This document shows positions 18,366 through 27,564 of a stretch of 64,000 bases of DNA, in pieces. Position 1 is the stretch's first letter. The number at the start of each line of letters is the position of its first letter. The translations under genes and the position numbers were made by a program. The notes under the pieces were generated by a model. That model did no database searches. It worked only from the letters and a program-made list of their open reading frames with translations, and was not told the DNA's origin. Origin of the DNA: a bacterium UBP8_UBA817. Lineage in GTDB: Bacteria > Margulisbacteria > Marinamargulisbacteria > CAMDBA01. The DNA is taken from NCBI GenBank assembly GCA_945888995.1, contig CAMDBA010000002.1:1345-65344 (forward strand), read 5' to 3'.

Positions 18366-21092
18366 ATGCTGGAGTGTAGCTTTGATAACCCGGAAAAACG
18401 AACCGGTAGATTTAGTCTGAAAGACGCAGATTTGCGTAATAAACTTTATTTTCCTCTTTTTAATGATGCCGGGTTGATGAGCGCGGTAACGCCGGAACTC
18501 AAAGGCGACCTCAAACTTTCTCAAAACCAATTTCATCTCCATCCGATGATCACCGAAGATCTGGTGAATGCCAAATATTCCCGGAATTTCTGGATCGTAC
18601 CTCAAAGCTCAGGCGAGCCTTGGTCAGTGACGGGTGTGTCTGCTGACTATATGCTGAACCGAGTGAAAGGGCGCTCCGAACAGACCCGGATCACCGTTCA
18701 GCCGGGTGCTTTTGAAACCACACGAATAAATGCCGCCTTGGGCCTCAGGGCCACCTGTCGGATGTTCGTTCCGGCAAACGGCGATTTGTGTGAAATAACA
18801 GTCATTACGATAAAAAATGAAGGAGATTCTTCCGTATCGTTTGACGCAGTGCCGGCAACGCCTATTTATGCCAGATCCGCAGATAACCAGCGGGATCATC
18901 GTCAGGTGACGACACTGCTGAGCCGAGTCTATGACCACGCAGCCGGATTGTCGGTGTGCCCCGTTATGTCATTCGATGAGCGCGGCCATAAAAAAAATAC
19001 GCTTCACTATGCCGTTTTGGCATTCGACGAACATGGCGGCACGTCGTCTGAAAAATATGAACGTCTCCAAGATTATATCGGACTTGCCGGAACCCTTGAG
19101 TCACCGGAAGCCATCTATAAAGACTTTAATCCCCCCAAAAATGGATCAAGCGACGGACGTGAAGTCATCGCGGCGTACCGGTTCAAAGGCTACACGATTG
19201 AGCCCGGGAAATCGTCGTCTTTTATTATTATTAACGCCATTGCCGAAAATACAGCGGATCTGGACCGCTGGGCCGCCTCTTATAATACGTTAGAAAAAGT
19301 GCTGGCCGAATTTGAATCCACCAAAACCAGCTGGCAGCAACGGGTCAATTCCATTGCCACCGAAACCGGTGATACCGATTTTGACAACTGGACCCGGTGG
19401 GTGACGTTTCAGCCGATGGCCAGAAAAGTGTTCGGGTGTTCGTTTCTTCCGGACTTTGGGTACGGCCGTGGCGGACGCGGATGGCGGGATTTATGGCAGG
19501 ATTGCCTGGCCTTGATTCTGACCAGTCCGGACGAAACCACCCAGCTTCTCTTCAATAATTTCGGCGGTGTTCGCGCAGATGGCTCCAACGCCACGATTAT
19601 CGGAAGCCAACCCGGCGAATTCATCGCGGACCGCAACAACATCAGCCGGACATGGATGGATCACGGCGTATGGCCGGTCTTAACCGTGGATCTCTACCTT
19701 CAACAATCTGGCGACCTCGATTTTTTACTCAAAAACCAAACCTATTTTAAAGACCTCCAATCTCACCGCTCCCGGAAAAAAGACCCGAATTGGACGCCTG
19801 ACTATGGTCGTCAGCTTCTCACCACTTCAGGTGCCATATACGAAGGCTCCATCCTGGAACATATGATTTTGCAAACTATCACCCAGTTTTATAACGTGGG
19901 ATCGCACAATATCTGCCAGCTTGAAGGCGCCGACTGGAACGACGGTCTGGATATGGCGCATCACAACGGAGAGTCCGTCGCGTTTCATTGCATGTTCGCG
20001 CATAACCTTCGCCTGCTGGCGGGATACCTCGAAAAATTACGACAAGAAAAAGGCTGCGAAACCCTGGATCTTCTGGAAGAAAGCGCTCTTTTATTCGATA
20101 CCATCGAAAGTCCCATTAATTATGACTCGGTAGAGGCCAAACGCGATAGGCTTGATGCGTATATGAATGCAGTGATGCATAAAGTGTCTGGGAAGAAAAA
20201 AGCGTTTTCGATGACCGATCTAATCGCGGATCTGAACAAAAAAGCAGACCGGATGCAGGATCAGGTTTTGCGCGCCGAATATATTAAAGTATCAGGCGGG
20301 CAACAGTTTTTTAATGGGTACTATAATGACGACTCCGAAAGAGTCGAAGGTGATCACAAGAATGGTGTCCGGATGACCTTAACCGGCCAAGTTTTTCCGG
20401 TCATGAGCGGGATTGCCGACGACGCGCAGATCGATGAAGTCTATGCTGCGGCAAAAACCTATCTTCAAGATCCAGCGTTGGGCGGATTCCGATTAAATTC
20501 CGATTTCGGAGATATGCAGCTTAATTTCGGCCGGGCATTTTCATTTTCTTTCGGAGACAAAGAAAATGGCGCGTTTTTTTCCCATATGATCGTGATGTTT
20601 ATGAACGCGTTTTACAGACGCGGCCATGTGCGAAAAGGCTATGAAGTCTTTTTGTCTCTATATAACATGTGTATGGATTTCAAAACCAACAAAATCCTGC
20701 CCAGCATTCCGGAGTACTTTGACTCGGAAGGCCGAGGCGCGTATCTTTATTTGACCGGATCAGCATCTTGGATGGTGCTGACGCTGTTAACTCAGATGTT
20801 CGGTGTCAAAGGCAGCTGGGGAGATCTGGTCGTTGAGCCTAAACTTGTCAAAGAACAATTCGAGCAGGATGCGTCTATTTTTGCCTGGTATGCGGGCGAA
20901 AAAATTAAGGTCACGTATCACAATCCTAATCACCTCGATTATGGAGACTATACGATAAAAGAAATCGCCTTAAACGGCACTCCTTTAACCGGCATCCTCA
21001 CCGGAAACCGTGATGCGGTTATTCCCCGCGCCTTATTTGACCGGACTAAAAAAACCGGTGAATTGAATCATATTTTAGTAAAGTTAGGATAA
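18366..21092 (+). CDS. GH94-clan glycoside phosphorylase-like protein ((alpha/alpha)6 catalytic domain)
   Basis: Start moved to the ATG at 18366, which has an AAGGAG 8 nt upstream. Motifs align with GH94 cellobiose/chitobiose phosphorylases: GYGRGGRGWRDLWQD (GH94 RGxGFRDxxQD), EGADWNDGLD (catalytic-Asp region ADWND), and YLTGSASW. Confidence 0.7.
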   Translation: MLECSFDNPEKRTGRFSLKDADLRNKLYFPLFNDAGLMSAVTPELKGDLKLSQNQFHLHPMITEDLVNAKYSRNFWIVPQSSGEPWSVTGVSADYMLNRVKGRSEQTRITVQPGAFETTRINAALGLRATCRMFVPANGDLCEITVITIKNEGDSSVSFDAVPATPIYARSADNQRDHRQVTTLLSRVYDHAAGLSVCPVMSFDERGHKKNTLHYAVLAFDEHGGTSSEKYERLQDYIGLAGTLESPEAIYKDFNPPKNGSSDGREVIAAYRFKGYTIEPGKSSSFIIINAIAENTADLDRWAASYNTLEKVLAEFESTKTSWQQRVNSIATETGDTDFDNWTRWVTFQPMARKVFGCSFLPDFGYGRGGRGWRDLWQDCLALILTSPDETTQLLFNNFGGVRADGSNATIIGSQPGEFIADRNNISRTWMDHGVWPVLTVDLYLQQSGDLDFLLKNQTYFKDLQSHRSRKKDPNWTPDYGRQLLTTSGAIYEGSILEHMILQTITQFYNVGSHNICQLEGADWNDGLDMAHHNGESVAFHCMFAHNLRLLAGYLEKLRQEKGCETLDLLEESALLFDTIESPINYDSVEAKRDRLDAYMNAVMHKVSGKKKAFSMTDLIADLNKKADRMQDQVLRAEYIKVSGGQQFFNGYYNDDSERVEGDHKNGVRMTLTGQVFPVMSGIADDAQIDEVYAAAKTYLQDPALGGFRLNSDFGDMQLNFGRAFSFSFGDKENGAFFSHMIVMFMNAFYRRGHVRKGYEVFLSLYNMCMDFKTNKILPSIPEYFDSEGRGAYLYLTGSASWMVLTLLTQMFGVKGSWGDLVVEPKLVKEQFEQDASIFAWYAGEKIKVTYHNPNHLDYGDYTIKEIALNGTPLTGILTGNRDAVIPRALFDRTKKTGELNHILVKLG

Positions 21093-21096
21093 CCCA

Positions 21097-21531
21097 ATGA
21101 ATGATTTGCAAGCGATTTTTGACGAACAGAAGAAATTGAATCTCAAAATTAATCCGGATCTTTATACCGAGATTAACGACCCGGACAAACGTCGCGAACG
21201 GTTCCTCCAATTCGAACTCGCACTTCGTCAGGAATCATGCGAAGCCGTCGATAGTCTGGCATGGAAATGGTGGAAAGCCGGCACCGATGATTGGGATAAC
21301 ATCAAAGTCGAGCTCGTCGATATGCTGCATTTCTGGGTCTCGATGTGTACCGTATCCGGCCTGGAAGCCCAAGATGTGATCGACTTGTACTTCAAGAAAA
21401 ACCAGTTGAATCACAATCGGCAGGACCAAGGATACAAAGAAGGTACCTACCAAAAAGTAAAAGACGGTGTCGAAGACAATGAAATCTACGTTTTAGGCAA
21501 AGTCGCGGCAGAGACAAAGGCGGGCCTATGA
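21097..21531 (+). CDS. Dimeric (all-alpha) dUTPase-family nucleotide pyrophosphohydrolase
   Basis: 144 aa. ...ALRQESCEAVDSLAWKWWK..., VELVDMLHF and KKNQLNHNRQDQGY match the dUTPase_2 pattern known from Campylobacter, phages and trypanosomatids. Confidence 0.75.
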   Translation: MNDLQAIFDEQKKLNLKINPDLYTEINDPDKRRERFLQFELALRQESCEAVDSLAWKWWKAGTDDWDNIKVELVDMLHFWVSMCTVSGLEAQDVIDLYFKKNQLNHNRQDQGYKEGTYQKVKDGVEDNEIYVLGKVAAETKAGL

Positions 21532-24500
21532 AACCAGCCTATTATTTACAGGATAACGGCCAGTTCGTTATCGAAAATTATCATTTTTCTAAGGCATTCT
21601 CGAGCTTTTTGCCCGGTATTTCCGGTGTTTTAGGGAAGCCGTTATGGTGCTTCTATGTCAACAGAGGCCAGGCCATCTGTTCATTCGGCGTCGAAAAACG
21701 CGACAATATGATTTTAGAATTTTTGCCAGCCGATCAAGCCTATCAACGGACGTCTCAGAGCGGGTTCCGGACGTTTATCAAGTCACTTTCCAATCATCAG
21801 ATGACCTACGAACCGTTTCGCAATTCGACAGCGTCTTTTATTAATCAAAAAATGAAAATCTCGTCTTATGACCTGACTTTGGAAGAAGACAATTCCATTT
21901 TAGGGCTCAATACGAGTATTAATTTCTTCACATTGCCCGGTGAATCATTCCCGGCGTTAATGCGCTCTGTGACGATTACCAACACATCGGATAATCACCA
22001 ATCGCTTGAATTATTAGACGGCCTTCCGAAAGTCATGGGCTTCGGAATGAACGAATTCTTCTGTAAAAATATGAGCCGTACCAGCGAAGCCTGGATGGGG
22101 GTTAAGAACCTGGAAGAAGGCCATGTGCCGTTTTTTCAGCTTAAAGTATTACCGCTGGATGAAGCGCGCGTCGAATTTTTGAATCCCGGTAATTTTTATC
22201 TCGGATTTGATGATCATGGCATCATCAAGCCAATTGTCGATCCGACGACTATTTTTGGTCAGAACTTAGATTTTTCGACACCGGATATCTTTTTCAACGA
22301 TCCGAATTTCAGTTTCCCCCAGCATCAGATTACCGAGTCCAAAACCCCATGTTCCTTTATTCACTATCGCATGGACCTGCAGCCAGGCGAATGCAAAACC
22401 ATTTATCAGATTGTCGGACAGGTTCCTTCACTGGAGTGCCTGCGCATCAAAACCCCCGCTCTTGCCGTATCCGGTTATTTTCAACGCAAGCGTCTGGAAA
22501 ATAAAAACACGGTAAACACCATTCAACAAAACGTGGCAACCGTGACTAATTCGCGGGCCTTTGATTACTACACCGGCCAAACCTATCTGGATAACGTCCT
22601 TAGGGGCGGTCTGCCTCTCACCATCGCCAAAGAAATCGGCAAGTCGGTCGTGTTTTACACCTATTCCCGTAAACACGGAGACCTCGAGCGGGATTATAAC
22701 CAATACCAATTAGCGCCGACCTATTATTCCCAGGGCAACGGTAACTACCGCGACGTGAACCAAAACCGGCGTTCGGATGTCTTTTTTAACTCGGACTTAT
22801 TAGAAGAAAACATCGTCCATATGCTCAATCTCATCCAGTTAGACGGCTACAATCCGTTGGTGATGAAAGGGGTGACTTACCTCTTAAGTACCCCAAAAAA
22901 AGCGTATTTAGGACGGGTCTTCAAAAAACTCAAACAAGAAAACTATAAGCGCTTCTTCAAAAAGATGTTTTCTCCGGGTGAATTGATGGAACTCCTGGAA
23001 TGTGATGTGACCGATCCGTCGGAGCGTCAGGAAATATTCGAAAAAGTGTTGTTGGAATCCACGCCTCATCAGGAAGCGATTCACCATGAAGGCTATTGGA
23101 CCGATCACTGGACCTATAATCTGGATTTGATCGAAAGTTTCTTATCGATTTATCCGGATCGCCTGCACACACTTTTGTTTGATCTGAAGCGCTTTACCTT
23201 CTATGACGATGCCTACATGGTGCTGACCCGAAAAGATCGGCTTATGCAAGATGATCAACGCGCCCGTCAGGGACGCTTCATCTGCCACAGTGATGAAAAA
23301 GAAAAGCTGATCTCCAAGCGGCCCGTGTATCCTCACACCGTTCGGACCAAGCAAGGCAAAGGTGATATTTATACCACCTCTTTGCTCGTCAAACTATTTC
23401 ACCTCGTTTTAGTGAAATCAGCGACACTGGATCCCTTCGGCGTCGGGATCGAAATGGAAGCCGGAAAGCCGAATTGGTATGACGCCATTAACGGTCTGCC
23501 CGCATTATTCGGCTCCACGACGACTGAGAGCTTTGAGCTGTTGCGTCTGGCAAAGTTTCTGATTCAAAAACTCACTCCGTTCCGTTCGGAAGTAGTGACG
23601 CTGCCTGCCGAACTCAAGATATTTTACGATGGGATGTCGGATCTTCTGACCAAATACCCGAAGATGGCGAATCGAGATGTGGCGTATTGGGATATCTCCA
23701 ATACCCTAAAAGAAACCTTCAGAAAAGATACTTTCTTAGGGCTCTCCGGTGACGAAGCCGCGGTTAAAGTCCGGGAAATCGTGTCCTTTTGTGACAAATT
23801 AGTTGAGCGTCTTTCCGAAACCCTGCTAAAAGCAGTCGATCCTGAGACCGGCGTTTTTTATACCTATTTCACCAATATTCCGACCAACATCCAAGACGAT
23901 CCTAAAACCGGTGAAGCGGTTATCAAGACATTTAAACAATGTCCGTTGCCGTTGTTTTTAGAAGGGCCTGTCCATTATTTGAGACTGCTTGAGTCTACCG
24001 AACAAGCCGCTGCTCAATATGAAGCGATCAAAAAAAGCGATCTATACGATCCGAAACTCAAAATGTACAAAGTCACCTCGTCTCTGGCGAACGAACCGAT
24101 CGAAATCGGCCGTAACAAAATCTTCACGCCGGGATGGCTCGAAAATGAGTCGGTTTGGCTTCACATGGAATATAAATATTTATTAGAACTTCTCAGATCC
24201 GGACTTTATCAGGAGTTTGATCAGACGTTCCGCGAGATTCTGATCGCCTTCCAACAGCCTGAGCAATACGGACGCAGCATTTTGGAAAGCTCATCATTTA
24301 TTGTCAGCTCGGCTAATCCCGATCCGACGCTTCATGGCCAAGGCTTTGTCGCCCGGCTATCAGGTTCAACCGCTGAGTTTATCAATATCTGGATCGGCAT
24401 GTTTTTCGGCCTGACACCGTTTAGTGTCGACAAAAAAGGGCAGTTGATTCTCTGTCTGAATCCGACGCTTCCCGGTTGGATGTTCTTGCAACAAGATCGC

Positions 24501-24767
24501 GATGTTGAGCTCAAAGTGCCGTCCGGAACCTTCCTGCCGTTCACCTTGCCCAGAGGCGCTGCAATGGCGTCGTTCTTGGGCAGCATTCCGATAATTTATT
24601 ACAATCCGAGCTTCCGCGACACCTGGAATTGTCCGATTGAATCGATCGTGATCCACCCGACCGGCAAAACAGCGTATTCGATTACGGGAAACAGGATCGC
24701 AAACGCGGAATTTATCCGGGATAAAAAAGTCGATTACATTGAAGTGTATTTTGAGGAACAGGCATGA
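21528..24767 (+). CDS. Very large GH94-clan (GH149/GH161-like) glycoside phosphorylase-like protein
   Basis: 1,079 aa. Divergent versions of the same three motifs: GNGNYRDVNQNRRSD, GKPNWYDAINGLP and ENESVWLHMEYKYLLELL. The start overlaps the upstream stop (ATGA). Confidence 0.55.
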   Translation: MKPAYYLQDNGQFVIENYHFSKAFSSFLPGISGVLGKPLWCFYVNRGQAICSFGVEKRDNMILEFLPADQAYQRTSQSGFRTFIKSLSNHQMTYEPFRNSTASFINQKMKISSYDLTLEEDNSILGLNTSINFFTLPGESFPALMRSVTITNTSDNHQSLELLDGLPKVMGFGMNEFFCKNMSRTSEAWMGVKNLEEGHVPFFQLKVLPLDEARVEFLNPGNFYLGFDDHGIIKPIVDPTTIFGQNLDFSTPDIFFNDPNFSFPQHQITESKTPCSFIHYRMDLQPGECKTIYQIVGQVPSLECLRIKTPALAVSGYFQRKRLENKNTVNTIQQNVATVTNSRAFDYYTGQTYLDNVLRGGLPLTIAKEIGKSVVFYTYSRKHGDLERDYNQYQLAPTYYSQGNGNYRDVNQNRRSDVFFNSDLLEENIVHMLNLIQLDGYNPLVMKGVTYLLSTPKKAYLGRVFKKLKQENYKRFFKKMFSPGELMELLECDVTDPSERQEIFEKVLLESTPHQEAIHHEGYWTDHWTYNLDLIESFLSIYPDRLHTLLFDLKRFTFYDDAYMVLTRKDRLMQDDQRARQGRFICHSDEKEKLISKRPVYPHTVRTKQGKGDIYTTSLLVKLFHLVLVKSATLDPFGVGIEMEAGKPNWYDAINGLPALFGSTTTESFELLRLAKFLIQKLTPFRSEVVTLPAELKIFYDGMSDLLTKYPKMANRDVAYWDISNTLKETFRKDTFLGLSGDEAAVKVREIVSFCDKLVERLSETLLKAVDPETGVFYTYFTNIPTNIQDDPKTGEAVIKTFKQCPLPLFLEGPVHYLRLLESTEQAAAQYEAIKKSDLYDPKLKMYKVTSSLANEPIEIGRNKIFTPGWLENESVWLHMEYKYLLELLRSGLYQEFDQTFREILIAFQQPEQYGRSILESSSFIVSSANPDPTLHGQGFVARLSGSTAEFINIWIGMFFGLTPFSVDKKGQLILCLNPTLPGWMFLQQDRDVELKVPSGTFLPFTLPRGAAMASFLGSIPIIYYNPSFRDTWNCPIESIVIHPTGKTAYSITGNRIANAEFIRDKKVDYIEVYFEEQA

Positions 24768-25645
24768 TTTTAGATGGACGGTTGGTCAGCGGGGCGATTT
24801 TAGACGACCTGCAGAACCGCATAGCAAACCTTAAAGTAACAACCCAAAAAAGCCCCGGACTTGCGGTTATTTTGGTGGGAAATAATCCCGCGTCGCAAGC
24901 GTATGTGAATTCCAAGAAAAAAGCATGTGAAAAAATCGGGGTCACCTCATTTGAATATCTACTGGAAGAAACCGTTTCTGAAGCCGAGCTTGTGGCCTTA
25001 ATTACCCGCTTAAACGCGGATGGCCGTGTAAATGGCATATTATTGCAGTTGCCTTTACCAAAAGGCCTGAATGAAGAAAAACTCCTCTATATGATTGATC
25101 CGGAAAAAGACGTCGATGGGTTTCATCCATCTAATATCGGGAGAGTGTTGCTAGGATTGCCCGGATTAAAACCCTGCACACCATATGGTGTTTGCGAGCT
25201 TCTCCGGTTTTACAAAATCGAAACTCGCGGTAAGCATGTCGTGATTTTGGGTCGCAGTAATATTGTGGGTAAACCACTGGCTGCGATGTTGATGCAGCGC
25301 GGCGACGGTGCTGACGCCGTAGTGACGGTGTGTCATTCCGCTGTCGAAGATGTCTCCTATTACACAAAGCAGGCAGATATTGTGATTGCCGCTTTGGGAA
25401 AGCCCGAGTTTTTGACCGCTGATCAGGTCTCTGATAATGTCGTAGTCATCGATGTCGGAATTAATCGTGTAAAAGACTCTACGTCTCCCCGGGGCTATAA
25501 GCTCGTTGGAGATGTCGCCTATGAAGAAGTTGCAGCGAAGGCATCTGCGATAACACCGGTCCCCGGTGGAGTCGGATTGATGACGATCGCGATGTTAATG
25601 AAAAATACACTTACGGCATTTTGCCACGCAGAAGGGATTGTATGA
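24764..25645 (+). CDS. folD: Bifunctional methylenetetrahydrofolate dehydrogenase/cyclohydrolase
   Basis: 293 aa. PGLAVILVGNNPASQAYV, LLQLPLP, GRSNIVGKP and PVPGGVGLMT motifs. The start overlaps the upstream stop. Confidence 0.95.
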   Translation: MILDGRLVSGAILDDLQNRIANLKVTTQKSPGLAVILVGNNPASQAYVNSKKKACEKIGVTSFEYLLEETVSEAELVALITRLNADGRVNGILLQLPLPKGLNEEKLLYMIDPEKDVDGFHPSNIGRVLLGLPGLKPCTPYGVCELLRFYKIETRGKHVVILGRSNIVGKPLAAMLMQRGDGADAVVTVCHSAVEDVSYYTKQADIVIAALGKPEFLTADQVSDNVVVIDVGINRVKDSTSPRGYKLVGDVAYEEVAAKASAITPVPGGVGLMTIAMLMKNTLTAFCHAEGIV

Positions 25646-26751
25646 TAAAGCTGATAGATTTAACCCGGCAGTACAAATTGATTCAAAAGGAAGTAGAAGC
25701 CGAGATAAGCCGTCTCTGTGAATCTCAATACTTTATCTTGGGCCCTGTTGTCGACTCATTCGAAAAAGAAGTCGCTACCTATATAAACTGTACCCATGCC
25801 ATTGGATGCGCGTCCGGATCGGATGCCTTGTTTCTAGCCTTGTTGGCCTATGGTATCGGTCACGGCGACGAAGTCATCACCACGCCATTTACATTTTTTG
25901 CCACCGCAGGTGCCATCTCCCGGACCGGCGCAAAACCCGTGTTTATCGATATCGACCCCGTGTCATTTAATATGGACCCGGCTCTGATCAAAGGGGCGAT
26001 TACCCCAAGGACTAAAGCGATCATCGCGGTGCACCTCTATGGCCAGGTAGCCGATATGGATCCTATTATTCAGATCGCCAACGACGCGGGAATTCCCGTT
26101 ATTGAGGACGCTGCCCAAACCATCGGGTCTGTTTATAAAGGGCGCTCTGCCGGCACCATCGGACAGATCGGATGTTTTTCATTTTTCCCGACTAAGAATC
26201 TAGGCGGATTCGGTGACGGCGGACTTTTGAGCGCCGAGGATCCCTCATTGGCCAAGACCCTCAGAATGCTTCGGGTTCATGGGTCTGAAAAACGTTATTA
26301 TCATGACCTGATCGGCATTAATTCCCGTCTGGATACACTTCAAGCGGCCGTGCTGAGAATCAAACTAAGATATTTGGCCGAATGGACCGCCACGCGCCAG
26401 GAAAACGCCGCATTTTACGACACCGCTTTTGCCGGAATCTCCGAGATTCAGAGCCCGGTTGTCATGCCGTACACAACAAATCATGTCTACAACCAATACG
26501 TCATTCGGGTTCAAAACCGGGATGCTCTCAGAACATATCTTTTAGAAAAAGGCGTCGAAACCGAAGTCTACTATCCGGTGCCTCTGCATCTGCAAAACTG
26601 CTATCAAGACCTCGGCCACAAACCCGGCGATTTCCCCGAATCAGAAAAAGCCGCCGCCGAAGTCCTCGCCCTACCCATTTACCCCGAACTCACCATTGAA
26701 GAAAAAGACGCAGTAGTAGTGGCCGTTAAAGGGTTTTTTAAACAAGCCTAA
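25642..26751 (+). CDS. DegT/DnrJ/EryC1/StrS-family nucleotide-sugar aminotransferase (PLP)
   Basis: MIKLIDLTRQY... start overlapping the folD stop (ATGA). GSDALFLAL motif and PLP-lysine region FSFFPTKNLGGFGDGG. Confidence 0.85.
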   Translation: MIKLIDLTRQYKLIQKEVEAEISRLCESQYFILGPVVDSFEKEVATYINCTHAIGCASGSDALFLALLAYGIGHGDEVITTPFTFFATAGAISRTGAKPVFIDIDPVSFNMDPALIKGAITPRTKAIIAVHLYGQVADMDPIIQIANDAGIPVIEDAAQTIGSVYKGRSAGTIGQIGCFSFFPTKNLGGFGDGGLLSAEDPSLAKTLRMLRVHGSEKRYYHDLIGINSRLDTLQAAVLRIKLRYLAEWTATRQENAAFYDTAFAGISEIQSPVVMPYTTNHVYNQYVIRVQNRDALRTYLLEKGVETEVYYPVPLHLQNCYQDLGHKPGDFPESEKAAAEVLALPIYPELTIEEKDAVVVAVKGFFKQA

Positions 26752-26779
26752 CCATAAAATAATACACTCCCTTTCTTGT

Positions 26780-26810
26780 CCCTCGCCCTTAAAAAGGGGG
26801 GGCAGGAGGG
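26780..26810. repeat. GC-rich palindromic (REP-like) element B
   Basis: CCCTCGCCC ... GGGC-AG-GAGGG imperfect hairpin (9 bp with a 2-nt bulge) around an A-rich loop. Sits in a convergent gap. Translates as ..LKKGGQEGV.., the same flavour as element A. Confidence 0.5.
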
Positions 26811-26818
26811 GGTATAGT

Positions 26819-27310
26819 CTACTTCTTCCCCAACAACCCCTCGATTTTTGACACCAAATATTCTTCATCCCGAAACCCGACCGCTTTATCCACGATGGTA
26901 TGTTTTTGATCCAGAATAAACGTCGTCGGAATGGCGCTGATAGTGCCGTAGGCGACTTGAACTTTTTGATCGGCCATTACGATAGGGTAATTAAACTTGG
27001 CTTCTTTTATGAAGGATTTAACATCGCTGCTTTGATCATCTAACGATAATCCGATAACCTGGACGCCTTTTTCGGCGTAGTCTTTCTGAACTTTAATAAA
27101 ATGAGGAATTTCAGTCCGGCAAGGCGGACACCATGTGGCCCAGAAATTCAGAATAACGATCTTACCTTTATAATCCGACAAACTAACTTTTTTTCCGTCA
27201 ACGGTTTTAAGTGTAAATGAAGGCGCTTGAGCGGCGTCTGCCACATTCGGTAAGGCCGAGCCTAAAATAATTAGTCCGATGATAAATAGCACGATTTTAA
27301 TACGTGTCAT
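26819..27310 (-). CDS. Thiol:disulfide oxidoreductase, TlpA/ResA family
   Basis: 163 aa. Signal anchor, then the thioredoxin-fold motif NFWATWCPPCRTEIP. Confidence 0.85.
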   Translation of the reverse strand: MTRIKIVLFIIGLIILGSALPNVADAAQAPSFTLKTVDGKKVSLSDYKGKIVILNFWATWCPPCRTEIPHFIKVQKDYAEKGVQVIGLSLDDQSSDVKSFIKEAKFNYPIVMADQKVQVAYGTISAIPTTFILDQKHTIVDKAVGFRDEEYLVSKIEGLLGKK

Positions 27311-27564
27311 AGTCTTCTCCCTTATGATTTAAAGTAAATACACATGTGTCTCTTATTCTAGGTCGATTGACAGGGTAGTGGCAATGAAAAAGTAAAGATT
27401 AAATTAAATCCGGGCGCATATGATGAGAATTTACAAAAAACGGGAAAGAAAGAGGAGATATCGTGCGGCTTAGGCGCGTGAAAACTTTACAGAAATACCG
27501 TTCGGCACTATCGTGGAGTCATTCATAATAAATATCAAAAGAAGAAGCATTTGAAGGAGTCGCT

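Noticed and set aside
27463-27528. 21-codon ORF (VRLRRVKTLQKYRSALSWSHS) with an AGAGGAG ribosome-binding site upstream of ndh, as a possible leader peptide.
   Set aside because: It is too short, with no regulatory codon run and no attenuator hairpin partner that I could find.
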